This document shows, one piece after another, positions 10,483 to 22,793 of a stretch of 47,192 nt of DNA; within the stretch, counting starts at the first letter, position 1, and each line of letters opens with the position of its first letter. The translations under genes and the position numbers were made by a program. The notes under the pieces were generated by a model. The model was not told where the DNA came from. It ran no database searches and was given only the letters and a program-made list of their open reading frames with translations. Source of the DNA: Octopus bimaculoides (taxonomy: Eukaryota); assembly GCF_001194135.2 (NCBI RefSeq), contig NC_068982.1:173864452-173911643 (forward strand), written 5' to 3'.

Positions 10483-11775
10483 TGAGTATGTGGGCGTGTG
10501 AGTGCGCCCGCGCACCCTTGTATGCATAAAAGTATGCCTGTGTGTGAGTATGAATGTGTAGATATATGCATCCGAAAGGATTTTGAAACTTATGATACAT
10601 TACTCAAATGACCTGACATACTTCATCTTTCACACCCATTATTCATCCTCATGTGATATAAACTACAGCTATCTTCCTCGCCCTACCCAGTGTCTGAGTA
10701 TGTAATATCCTGTCATGTCACCTGGTTACTATCCACTTTACATCTAATTTCCTTCGTATAACCTCATGGCAGATATCTGGAAAGGCTCTGGAAACTATGA
10801 GTAACTGCTCATTTCCAGTTTACCATTCATAGGAGTGGGGTTTTTTTTTTTCAAGTTTGCATGGGTCTAGTGTTAATGATATTGAAATAACGCAAAAAGT
10901 ATCTTTGGTTTGAAGTCAATGAAGTTCGAATGCTTGTTTGTTGCGAAATAACCTTTCTTTTATCCAATATACTAGAGATGTTCAGACAAGGAAGAATTTT
11001 ATGGTCATAAAACTTAACTAGTGCAAATACAACATAGAAGAAATATGTACTATAAAGGCAATTGCACTGAGAGATCGACAAAGAGACATGGAATCATGTC
11101 TTATAGTGATAGTGTTTACATTTGTTGATAGAAATATCCCAGCTGGTCCCAACTAAGTGATTAGTATCATTCGAAGATTTTAAGATTTTACACACAAAGT
11201 ATTTCATTACATGTCCGCAAACTTTTTATTGATGCACTCGACAGCTGTAATTTGCTTTTACATATTGTTTACAGTGTATATATGTTTGTACACACACACA
11301 CACACACAAACACACACAGACACACACACAGACATGGATGTATGTCGTTATTCGGTTCTTTTCAAGATTTCTTGCCAATAGAGAAAGAGTCAATTTCTAA
11401 CCTTCATCCAAGGCTCCTTCATTGGAATTTCAACAACACCACAGGGTATGTTTGTATGTATGTACTTATGCATGCATGTATGTATGTATTTGTGTATGTA
11501 TGTATGTACGTATGTGTGTGTGTGTATGTATATGTGCAAATTTGTATGTTTTTTTTATGTATTCTCACGCATATAGTTGCATACATAGACATGCTTATAA
11601 AGACTTAAATGATAAACTTCTGGAAAGTCTTACAGATTGTTACAGTTCCAGTAATGTATGTATGTTCTTCTCTTTCTCTAATTTAGAGTAAATTTTAACT
11701 GGCCATCGACTTGGTAGCAAGGTTGTGAAGGAAAGCATCTTGTTTCGTTCATTATCCTTTTAAGATCTTGCAGAT

Positions 11776-11868
11776 GTATGTATGTATGTATGGATGGATG
11801 GATGGATGGATGGATGGATGGACGGACGGACAGATGGATGGATGGATGGATAGATAGATGGATGGATG
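11776..11868. repeat. (TATG)n/(TGGA)n microsatellite
   Basis: Directly visible. Confidence 0.9.
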
Positions 11869-12455
11869 TGTGATATTTGTCTGTTGTTGTTAATGTTGTA
11901 TAGGTCAGCCCTGCCCGGGAGTGAAGTAACGAGAGTAATGATGAGTCTGCCTGTTTTTCGCACATCTTATATTCTGTTTTCATTTCATTGTAGCGGAAAG
12001 ATTATTGGATTCAAATTATGATAATGACAGGGTGAGTTGCAATGGTAGTGGTTGTACGTAAGGTTACCACCGTTGTCATTATCTACTTTTTATTTTCATC
12101 TCATATTATACCGTGTGTTTATATAGTCACTGTTATTGTCCGGGTGGCTGTATATACTAGTGATAGATATAGTTTGTAAATCGTTTTCAACGGTATAACT
12201 CGAAGTACGTAAAGCTACAAACGTTAGTCTGTAGAATGTTAGGTTAAAAAAACAAACCCATTAAAGTTTCTAAATTATTAAGACGTAAGTATTACATTTA
12301 AATATATTATATACTGCTTTAATGACGAAATACATTGATAAATCAACTAATGAATACGTAGTCTACAACCAGTATGTTTGATTTGACTGGTAGAATGGGC
12401 CTCCCGATATACAGTAATGTCTGTTTGAAAACATCATTTAAAATCAAGAAACATT

Positions 12456-12676
12456 AAGGTGACGACCTGGCAGAAACGCAAGCACGCTGAACAAAATGCT
12501 TAGCGGCATTTCGTCCGTCTTCACGTTCTGAGTTCAAATTCCACTGAGAGCAACTTTGCCCTCCGTTTTTTGTTTGGTGGTTGATAAAACAAGTACCAGC
12601 TGAGCACTGGGGGTCGATGTTATTGATTTAACCCTCCAACGAAATTGCTGGCCTTGTGCTAAGATTTGAAAACAAT
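12456..12676 (+). mobile_element. SINE family A with a CCTTGTGCTAAGATTTGAAAAC tail variant
   Basis: Head AAGGTGACGACCTGGCAGAAACG, B-box GAGTTCAAATTCC, central GATAAAACAAGTACCAG. Confidence 0.85.
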
Positions 12677-13261
12677 AAGATGAAACTTCAGAAGAAAATA
12701 TCCAACATAAATGTACCATTTTATATGGTTCCGAAGTTTCTGATGTTAAATGATGTCTTGAAATATGTTTTACTGTATTTAGGGAAAGTAATTCTACCAA
12801 TATTCGCAATATAGCTAAAAGGTACATTTTGTAGCCACGTGGTCACAATTTCAATCATTATGGGCGAATGCAACTACTTTAGTCTCGGGTCACCTCATGC
12901 ATTGAAAGTGAAAAATGTTTAGATGAAAACTTTATATATATTCATGGCAAGCAAAATGATTCTACTCGTAATTAGGTGAGTAGCCAATGCAGTTGATCGA
13001 AAACCGAATGTTCGAAATCGATGACTCAACTTAAAAATCAGTTAAACGGAAATGTGCAGAATGGTGAACACAAGTTCTGATTTCAAGTCCTATTGTAGTT
13101 TACTTGTGCGCAAAACTTAACCCATTACCCTGTTGAGACGCTAACATTTGGAGTTTTGGAGTCATCCGTAGATGCCTCTTCACGGCTTGACGATACCGCC
13201 CACCCATGACACTTATCTCATTATGGACGATCATTGCCCTGCCTTTCCTCCTCCACAAATA

Positions 13262-13755
13262 TTGTGTGTGTGCGTGTGTGTGTGCGTGTGTGTGTGCGCG
13301 TGTATACATATATATATATAAATATACATATGTACATGCACACATACATACATATACGTAAATGCACACATACATACATATACGTACATGCAAAAGTGTC
13401 CAAAACGTTGCTTTTTCAGGAAACGAAAAAATAGTTTCCCCGTTCCATAGCAAAACCGTTGTACAACACGGTAACAATGTTTCATATATTGGCATCTGAA
13501 GCAACTGAAGATACGATAGTTTGACCAAAAGAACGGGCTTATTGCAAGCAGAAATAGATATTGAGAAAGACGCATTTGGTCAAATTTGGACATACGACAG
13601 TATCACATGGCAACGATATATGTGTGTGTGTGTGTGCATGAATACATACATGCACGCACGCATGCAAACATTGTCCGTATATTGGGAAACATTAATGAAT
13701 TAAGATGACCGTTTACGCTCGTAAACGAACAAACACACGCACATACACGCATATA

Positions 13756-13799
<44 letters not shown>

Positions 13800-14080
13800 T
13801 ACATACACACATATATACATCAAGACATCTGCATGCATGTTTTTATATGCTCCAAATTATGTACACTCATATAAACATTGAGTGTTTACACACATAGATA
13901 TGTTTATATAATGTGCATATACTCATATGTATATTTTATATATAACTGAATGTCTCCTTATATACACATACTTACGTATATGTAGTTGCATACACACACA
14001 AGCATATACATATGCACACACGCATATACACACACACACACACACACACGCACACACACACACACACATACACACGCGCG

Positions 14081-14132
<52 letters not shown>

Positions 14133-14226
14133 CATATACAAACGCTTAATTTAAAAAGGTTATATAAATCTATACATACCCGTTTTATGCACGCATAATA
14201 TCTTGTTGGCACGTGATATGTTTTTA

Positions 14227-14262
<36 letters not shown>

Positions 14263-14966
14263 AGCACATAGCCACATATATATTACGCATAAACTACTTA
14301 TGTATGTATGTATGTATGTATGTATGTATGTATGTATGTATGTATGTATGTATGTGCGCACGTACGTATGTTGGTATGTATGTAAATAGACAATGATGTG
14401 GAGTGAAGAGAAAAATTTAGAAAGAAATAATTAGACTGAATATATTTAACAACCTTCAAAAGGCGTTGTATTTATATGAAGGTTGTGGTGTCATTTGAAT
14501 AAACTAGTGTGTTTTGATTAGATGAGATTTCATTTGGCGGTGTTTAGACCGTCGCCATGTTGTTTAAATAATTATCTTCATTAATGCGCTCACACTCGCA
14601 AATACCCTGCCACCTACATTCGCACCTAAATACATAAAAGTTTGCATAACATACACATATGAACAAAGCAAAAACACACACATTTATGTGTATATGTAAT
14701 ATATATAAACACACACTCACACACACACACAATTACACATATGTATTCACATATATATATACATATGTATGTATATGCGGATTAATACGATTTAGTGGAA
14801 GGATATCTGCTTTCTATGTGGCTCGCTGGACGACCAGGTTATGATCTTTCACAAATCTATTTACCACGCTAATGAACTTAGTATATTTAATGCATAAACA
14901 CAGTGGTCTGTATATAAACACAGCTGACAACCTTGTTTATTTTTTTTCCTTTTGCAAGTATATATA

Positions 14967-15008
<42 letters not shown>

Positions 15009-15050
15009 TCTATTTCACACTTTCACGAATTCTGTAACTCTATACCTCTA

Positions 15051-15082
<32 letters not shown>

Positions 15083-15115
15083 TCTATATATCTATCTACC
15101 TGTCTATCTATCTAC

Positions 15116-15186
<71 letters not shown>

Positions 15187-15639
15187 CCTATCCCTCTATC
15201 TATCTATCCATCCATCTATCTATCTATCTATCTATCTGTCTCTCTTTCTGTCTGTCTGTCTCTATATCTATCTGCGCACTGCCGCATACGCACACACTCA
15301 CAGGTATGTTTGCGTTCGTGGGTGCGTGTGTGTGCGTGTGTGTGAGTGTGTGTTTTTATGTTTGTGTGTGTGTGTGTGTGTGTAAGTGTGTGTGTGTGAG
15401 TGAGAGCATTGTGATGTATATCACTTAGTGCTCTCCTCACGCTTGTTTCTCAGTTTTCAGCTTGCAAATTATATATTCCTTGCTCACTCTCTTTCTCTCT
15501 CTCTCTCGTTTCCTCCCTTCCTTCTCTCTCTTTTTCTGTACATATTTGCCTGCCTACTTACCTACCTACCTACCTACCTACCTACCTACCTACCTACCTT
15601 ATACATTCATACATACCTACATGCACACACACATATACA

Positions 15640-15671
<32 letters not shown>

Positions 15672-15720
15672 TATACATATATGTACATGCATATATATAG
15701 TGTTTGCGTGTGTGCGTGTT
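13262..15720. repeat. Microsatellite-dense region ((TG)n, (TA)n, (CA)n, (TATG)n, (TCTA)n, (CCTA)n, (CT)n)
   Basis: Multiple tracts are directly visible and are the source of many spurious ORFs. Confidence 0.9.
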
Positions 15721-15825
15721 TCATATACATGTGCAAGTCTGAGTATTCGTTCGATTACTTTTAATCAAGTGGTTCTTGAACAATAGCACTGCACCACTTT
15801 TTGACAATTCCTATATCGTGTTGTT

Positions 15826-15827
<2 letters not shown>

Positions 15828-15857
<30 letters not shown>

Positions 15858-15905
15858 GACAGCAGCAGCAGCAGCAGCAGCAACAACAACAACAACAACA
15901 ACAAC

Positions 15906-15939
<34 letters not shown>

Positions 15940-15965
15940 GTAATAATAATAATAATAATAATAAT
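15828..15965. repeat. (AAC)n(AGC)n(AAC)n(AAT)n compound microsatellite at the 5' junction of a LINE fragment
   Basis: Directly visible. Confidence 0.95.
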
Positions 15966-16696
15966 CTCAACAGGCATGATAGAGCTGCACAATATATTCA
16001 CTGGGTAATATGCAAAAACCTGGACTTGCCCCATGATAAAAACTGGTGGGAACACAAACCATCCCCAGTACTTGAAAATGATCACATTGCACTCCTCTGA
16101 AACTTCACCATTCAAACTGACAGAAAGATAGACGCAAATAGGCCAGACATCATACTGAAAGACTTCAGACAAAAATCANNNNNNNNNNNNNNNNNNNNNN
16201 NNNNNNNNNNNNNNNNNNNNNNNNNNNNNNNNNNNNNNNNNNNNNNNNNNNNNNNNNNNNNNNNNNNNNNNNNNNNNNNNNNNNNNNNNNNNNNNNNNNN
16301 NNNNNNNNNNNNNNNNNNNNNNNNNNNNNNNNNNNNNNNNNNNNNNNNNNNNNNNNNNNNNNNNNNNNNNNNNNNNNNNNNNNNNNNNNNNNNNNNNNNN
16401 NNNNNNNNNNNNNNNNNNNNNNNNNNNNNNNNNNNNNNNNNNNNNNNNNNNNNNNNNNNNNNNNNNNNNNNNNNNNNNNNNNNNNNNNNNNNNNNNNNNN
16501 NNNNNNNNNNNNNNNNNNNNNNNNNNNNNNNNNNNNNNNNNNNNNNNNNNNNNNNACCTGAACAAAACTGTACAAATCCAAATATATGGTACCCTAGGCA
16601 TAACACCTACATGAACTTCTAACTTGTTGTCTCTTGAGGTCTCTGGGTGAGACTTGGATCCAACTTGTACAAATGCAAAACAAAAGTCAAACATAA

Positions 16697-16772
<76 letters not shown>
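15966..16772 (+). mobile_element. 5'-truncated RLE-type (R4/Dong-like) non-LTR retrotransposon, 3'-UTR family 1, with (TAA)n tail
   Basis: Translates LNRHDRAAQYIHWVICKNLDLPHDKNWWEHKPSPVLENDHIALL*NFTIQTDRKIDANRPDIILKD, i.e. the RHD motif and the first RLE 'PD' motif. A gap follows, then the 3' UTR at 16556-16696 and (TAA)n at 16697-16772. Confidence 0.88.
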
Positions 16773-16776
<4 letters not shown>

Positions 16777-16796
16777 TGATGATGATATGGTTACCG

Positions 16797-16797
<1 letters not shown>

Positions 16798-16844
<47 letters not shown>

Positions 16845-17690
16845 GTATGAAACCTCACAGCTTATTTTGCTGGGTATGATGAAAAGTGTCAGCTGTCCAC
16901 AGCCAGCAGACTCAGTTGACACTTGCTTGCTGGTCATGCTCCAATAACCCTGCGGAGAATTCTTGCAGTTCCATGCAATGCTGATTTTTGTAGGTGTTCT
17001 ACCTTCACATTTGCCATGTTGGTAGTTGAGTGCTGATACGTCGAAGTACACCAATTACTCTTGGTATCACATCTACTCTCTTCATTGACCACAGCCTTCG
17101 TATTTCCCACTTTAAATCATTATAGTTGCTTATTTTTTCGTCTTCTTTCACATTGATCCTGTTTTCACCGGAGCATGCTATGTTTTTTTTTTATTTTTAT
17201 TCACCACAACAATGTACGGTTTCCGGTGTCTGGTCGGGTGATCACACTGGTTCATTGCATCCCACAGGATTTTGGAATTCTCATCTTCGGGAGTTTGTTC
17301 ATACCTCGTCTTTGCTCTTTGTCGGCCGTGATTTCCACAGAGCTCCCAATGGATCATTCTTGCCACATCGTCATAGCGTCTTTTGTATTCTCGTTGTGCC
17401 AATTTCGGGCATTCGCTAACGATGTGCCATACCGTTTCGCCCCTCTCACCACACATTCTACACTTGTCGCTATCGGTAATGTTGTCTATTCTGCACTTCA
17501 TATAATTGGTCCTTAACGCTTGTTCCTGAGCTGCGCATGCGAGTGCTTCTGTCTCTATCTTCAAGTCACTCCTCCACAACCAAAGGCACCGGTCCTTTGT
17601 AGCTGTCTTGGCGTTCACATCTCTTGCAAACTGACCGTATATTTTCTTTTCCTTCCATGCTTTTTTTTTGTTTTGCTTATTTCCTGTTGT
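16798..17690 (-). mobile_element. 5'-truncated RLE-type non-LTR retrotransposon, 3'-UTR family 2, with (TAA)n tail
   Basis: CCHC knuckle, RLE domain and C-terminal KVEHLQKSALHGTARILRRV. The 3' UTR runs into a (TTA)n tract at 16798-16844. Confidence 0.92.
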
Positions 17691-17711
17691 GTGTATATTA
17701 TTCATATACAC
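17178..17711 (-). pseudogene. RLE retrotransposon ORF fragment (post-RT region, CCHC zinc knuckle, start of endonuclease)
   Basis: WKEKKIYGQF...LKIETEALACAAQEQALRTNY...CRMCGERGETVWHIVSEC (17409-17462)...EYKRRYDDVARMIHW...KILWD...HRKPYIVV. A frameshift in an A-run follows. Confidence 0.85.
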
Positions 17712-17875
17712 GCAACAGATTATAATGTTGGAAAAGAAAAATTCCTAACATCGGGCTACAACAAGTAACCTTAGATGCCAAGAACCCTCCTACTGTAACA
17801 TCCCTTATCCTTCACTCGCCCCAGGACGCTGAGTGTGTCTCAGCAAGTGATTGTAAGAAACATGCAGATTAAAGC

Positions 17876-17876
17876 A

Positions 17877-17949
<73 letters not shown>
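17876..17949. repeat. (AAT)n microsatellite
   Basis: Directly visible. Confidence 0.95.
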
Positions 17950-18847
17950 TCAACGAGATATAGAAGTGTTCCTGCCAACAAGCTGGCCTTGTAACGTGTC
18001 TAACCAGCTGCATCATCAGCTGGAAGTGAATAACGGGGGTTTCGAATTCACCTAGTTTAAGTATAGTAGCGAAAATCAGATCAAAATATCAAAAACTTGG
18101 TAACCTGTATTGATATTTGAATCGTCTATATTCAGTGGTAAATATCCCAGCTGATACTTATCCATTTTTTCCCCTTTCTTTTTTTTTTTTTCGAGCCCTT
18201 TCAGAATGGGGCTGTTACACTATGTAACATACCTTTAAAACCTTATTGTTGTCGAGCATACTTGTAGTTTCATGCGTCAGAATTTATATAACAAGTGCTA
18301 CAACAGCTTTCACATGGTTTCTGAAAATGCCGTAATCTCGCCGCAAATTTGCATATACCAAATGGAGCATGGAGACGTTCTAGAGAAGTAGGTGTCGACA
18401 GTTCGGGGACTTTCTGACCGATAGCAATCTTCGCTATCATTAAACTAGAAAAAGTGATATTTCAATTATTTCAGTAATTCTTTGGAACAAAGCGCAGCTT
18501 ACGTAAAGAGATACGATTCCCAATGCGTGAATTTATTTCAGTTACAGACTATCTATAAGCAAACGTTCATCACTTTATGTATTTATTTTTGTCAAGATAG
18601 CTCCAATTTGTATATGAATAGTGTATGGACAAACAAATATAAACAACTTTTTGCATTACTTGATCTGTGATATTATTCTTGGCAAATAAATATATTTTTG
18701 TCTGACTTTGGATAACCGATACGGAAAATTTGACTTAAGTTACAATTATTTTCATTTTAACTTGTATATTATTATGTATAAACACGCGCGTACTCATACA
18801 GAAACAAACAGGCACGAATAGTTAATTACGATTTATATTGATACATT

Positions 18848-18954
18848 TATTGTTGTTGTTTTTGTTGTTGATGGTGATGTTATTATTATTATTATTATTA
18901 TTGTTATCATTATTATTATAATTATTATTATTGTTGTTGTTGTTGTTGTTGTTG

Positions 18955-19027
<73 letters not shown>

Positions 19028-19438
19028 GTGAAACCTTACAGCTTATTTTGCTGGGTTATGATGGAAAGTGTCAGCCGTCCACAGCCAGCAGACTCAGGTG
19101 ACACTTGTTTACTGGTGATGCTTCAAAAACTCTGCGAAGAATTCTTGCAGTTCCAAGCAATGCTCATTTTTGTAGGTGTTCTACCTTCACGCTTGCACCA
19201 ATCTTTTTCAGCCATGTTAGTAGCTGAATGCTGATACTTCCAAGTGCGCCAATAACCGTTGGTATCACGTCTACTTTCTTCATTGACCACAGCCTTCATA
19301 TTTCCCTCTTCAAATCGTTATAGTTGTTTATTTTTTCTTCTTTCACATTGATCCTGTTGTCACCGGGGCATGCTATGTCGACTATCATACATGTTCGTTC
19401 TTTTTTATTCACAATTATCAACGGGACATGCTATGTCG

Positions 19439-19439
<1 letters not shown>
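18848..19439 (-). mobile_element. Short RLE retrotransposon 3' fragment, family 2 (unique part 19027-19439; (TTA)/(TTG)n tail 18848-19026)
   Basis: IIVNKKERTCMIVDIACPGDNRINVKEEKINNYNDLKREI*RLWSMKKVDVIPTVIGALG...LQK*ALLGTARILRRV. The 3' UTR is clearly homologous to that of 16845-17000. Confidence 0.88.
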
Positions 19440-19506
<67 letters not shown>

Positions 19507-20080
19507 CATTTCTCTTTATTACAAGTAATGTTGGAACTCTTGGAATATTGCATGCGTAGTGGGCTTGGTACCCGCAGCTCTACGGTACCATGCTATACGT
19601 TTTTTCAGCTATCTAATACTTTCTTGATTATTCTGGCGGTGCCAAGGAGGCAAAACTTTTGTAACAGTTCTACTGGGCACTCTGTTCCGATTTCCTTGAT
19701 ATTCCTCTTGATGCCTTCTGATACTGTCCCTAAGGACCCAACAATAATTGGCACTATCTTCATCTTTTTTATTTTCCACTGCCGGGCTATTTCGTACTTA
19801 AGAGGGTTGTATTTATTTATATATTCGCCTTCGTTCTTGAATATTCGTGGGTCAAAGTGGCATGCAACATCAACTATATAGCAAATGTAGTGCATCTTAT
19901 CGACCACCACTAGGTCCAGTTTGTTATGCTCTAGCACTTGATCTGTTTGGATTGAAAAATCCCAAAGGATTTTGTTAGTCTCAGACTCCGGCACTCTCTA
20001 CAGCTTGTGCTCATACCATATATTGCCTCTCATTAGCCCCACTTCTTGCTCAGTTTCCAATGTCGCACTTTCATAACAAC
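19440..20080 (-). mobile_element. RLE retrotransposon 3' fragment, 3'-UTR family 3, with (TAA)n tail at 19440-19505
   Basis: ORF 19605-19994 KILWDFSIQTDQVLEHNKLDLVVVDK...IVDVACHFD...KYNPLKYEIARQW...IVPIIVGSLG...LLQKFCLLGTARIIKKVL. The upstream piece reads HWKL...GLMRGNIWYEHK. Confidence 0.9.
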
Positions 20081-20415
20081 TTATAGTGGTTTTGAGAAAG
20101 TCTAGGGCATTCGTCCGTGATATGGGTAATGGTTTCATCCACTCTATTACAGATGCGGCACAGCGGAGACACTTGATCATTCCTAAGGTTGACTCTCCGG
20201 TTTGCGGATTATTACATATGTATATATATATATATGTATATACCCTATGCGCACACAAAGAAGGTTGTATACATACACACTGTATTCATATAATCACTAA
20301 AATTTTAATTTATTTTGGCCAACACAGCTGGGATCTTTGTAACGTCCTGGGATCAATCCAAGAGAAAGGTCTTTGTATTTTCCAATTTTCAATTAGATTC
20401 TGCTTGTTCATACAT

Positions 20416-20490
<75 letters not shown>

Positions 20491-21099
20491 TACATGTCTA
20501 TATAAATACATACATACATACATACATACAGAAGTTTGTCATTTCAGTATGTATGCGCATGTCTAAGCATGCAACTATATACATGAGAATACATACATTA
20601 AACTAAACTTATAAATATGCACATGTACTCCAAATATTGCACATATTCACACAAAAATTACCAAGTACCATGTTAATGCTGAAATTCAAATGAGGAGACC
20701 TTGAATCTAAGTTAGAGAACGGCTCTTTCTCTATTCGCAAGAAATCTTGAAATGAAACTGAATAAGCTCTTTAAAAACGTGTCTGTAAGTGGATACCCCA
20801 CAAGTGAGCATTCTAAAGCAGGGTACAAGGTTTAGCACCCCTGCAATCCAGTGCAATTTAATAAACAAAGCAAGCGAAAACACTCCATTCTACAATAATT
20901 TCAGATTCTGAGGATGAGAATGAGATAGTTTGAAAGCATTTAGCGACTTTTGAATTTAAGAACGTTCGTTTTATAAACTTAATATAAAGAACTAATAAGG
21001 AAAACAAGGAAATATGAAAAATTATTAAATATAAAAAATCAAATTGAATATATGTTTATATATATATATGTGCATATGTATGTATATATGTATGCGCGT

Positions 21100-21286
21100 G
21101 AAGGCACGTGGCTTAGTAATTAGGATGTTGGACTCATCATCGTATGATTGTGATTTCGATTCCTGGACCGGATTATGTTCTTGAGCAAAACACTTCATTT
21201 CACGTTGCTCTTCTCTACTTAACTGGCACAGTGTCCCGTCCAGGTGGGGGATATACACCATGAAACCAGGAAACCAGCCCTTATGA
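21100..21286 (+). mobile_element. tRNA-derived SINE, family B (CORE-like middle)
   Basis: GAAGGCACGTGGCTTAGTAATTAGG A-box-like head and TTTCGATTCC B-box. TGTTCTTGAGCAAAACACTTCATTTCAC resembles the CORE-SINE consensus (GTGACCTTGGGCAAGTCACTT). Confidence 0.65.
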
Positions 21287-21310
21287 ATTGGTATACATAC
21301 CCGCGCACAC

Positions 21311-21371
<61 letters not shown>

Positions 21372-22793
21372 NNNNNNNNNNNNNNNNNNNNNNNNNNNNN
21401 NNNNNNNNNNNNNNNNNNNNNNNNNNNNNNNNNNNNNNNNNNNNNNNNNNNNNNNNNNNNNNNNNNNNNNNNNNNNNNNNNNNNNNNNNNNNNNNNNNNN
21501 NNNNNNNNNNNNNNNNNNNNNNNNNNNNNNNNNNNNNNNNNNNNNNNNNNNNNNNNNNNNNNNNNNNNNNNNNNNNNNNNNNNNNNNNNNNNNNNNNNNN
21601 NNNNNNNNNNNNNNNNNNNNNNNNNNNNNNNNNNNNNNNNNNNNNNNNNNNNNNNNNNNNNNNNNNNNNNNNNNNNNNNNNNNNNNNNNNNNNNNNNNNN
21701 NNNNNNNNNNNNNNNNNNNNNNNNNNNNNNNNNNNNNNNNNNNNNNNNNNNNNNNNNNNNNNNNNNNNNNNNNNNNNNNNNNNNNNNNNNNNNNNNNNNN
21801 NNNNNNNNNNNNNNNNNNNNNNNNNNNNNNNNNNNNNNNNNNNNNNNNNNNNNNNNNNNNNNNNNNNNNNNNNNNNNNNNNNNNNNNNNNNNNNNNNNNN
21901 NNNNNNNNNNNNNNNNNNNNNNNNNNNNNNNNNNNNNNNNNNNNNNNNNNNNNNNNNNNNNNNNNNNNNNNNNNNNNNNNNNNNNNNNNNNNNNNNNNNN
22001 NNNNNNNNNNNNNNNNNNNNNNNNNNNNNNNNNNNNNNNNNNNNNNNNNNNNNNNNNNNNNNNNNNNNNNNNNNNNNNNNNNNNNNNNNNNNNNNNNNNN
22101 NNNNNNNNNNNNNNNNNNNNNNNNNNNNNNNNNNNNNNNNNNNNNNNNNNNNNNNNNNNNNNNNNNNNNNNNNNNNNNNNNNNNNNNNNNNNNNNNNNNN
22201 NNNNNNNNNNNNNNNNNNNNNNNNNNNNNNNNNNNNNNNNNNNNATATATATATATATATATTCATGTCTTTGTGTGTGTGTGTGCCTGTTAAGGATTCT
22301 GTTGAGTGTATAAGTAAATAAGAAACCCTCAACAGTTTACATCAATTTTAATGACTATGAGGTCTCCTCCATCTATAGAACCACCAGAGCACTCATCACC
22401 GTAACTGACGAAGTGTCTTGTTGTATGATAGATTGATGCCGTAATTTCTCGAGAATTTGTTATTGCACGCTTTATAATAATACACAAATTTCCAACACTT
22501 GCAATATTCTCGTCTTTCTGTCATGATTACAAATTGTGATCAATATTTATTTAAGTTCATATGACATTGATAATTATGTCCTCTAGTTCCAATCTCCATA
22601 AATTTACCTACACTGTGGCATATTTGCAATTCTCTGATTTCATGCATTTAATATGATTATAATTTTTGTCCAGTCTAACCAGCACACGAAGTTAAGAACA
22701 GTATAAGCTCTCGATATTATGTCGTATATTTCAGTAACACATTTTGCTCTTCTAGATTGAACTATTTGTTGAGTCGATATATTAAGTATCAGT

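Noticed and set aside
11133-11146. 14-bp match AAATATCCCAGCTG also present at about 18141
   Set aside because: The flanks do not align; likely chance.
13420-13470. Possible 51-nt phase 1-1 micro-exon (TTTTTCAG|GAAACG...CACG|GTAACA)
   Set aside because: Weak donor, unrecognisable peptide (NEKIVSPFHSKTVVQH) and no partner exons. It needs RNA-seq.
14449-14486. 10-bp inverted repeat ACAACCTTCA/TGAAGGTTGT with an 18-nt loop
   Set aside because: Too short for a pre-miRNA and plausible by chance in 47 kb of AT-rich DNA.
15428-16172. Poly-Leu, poly-Asn and poly-Ile ORFs and LSIY/HT/CV-repeat ORFs throughout the window
   Set aside because: Translations of microsatellites.
18270-18395. Open frame MRQNLYNKCYNSFHMVSENAVISPQICIYQMEHGDVLEK ending at a good donor (AA|GTAGGT)
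   Set aside because: No recognisable homology and an ambiguous acceptor, so it cannot be supported as an exon.
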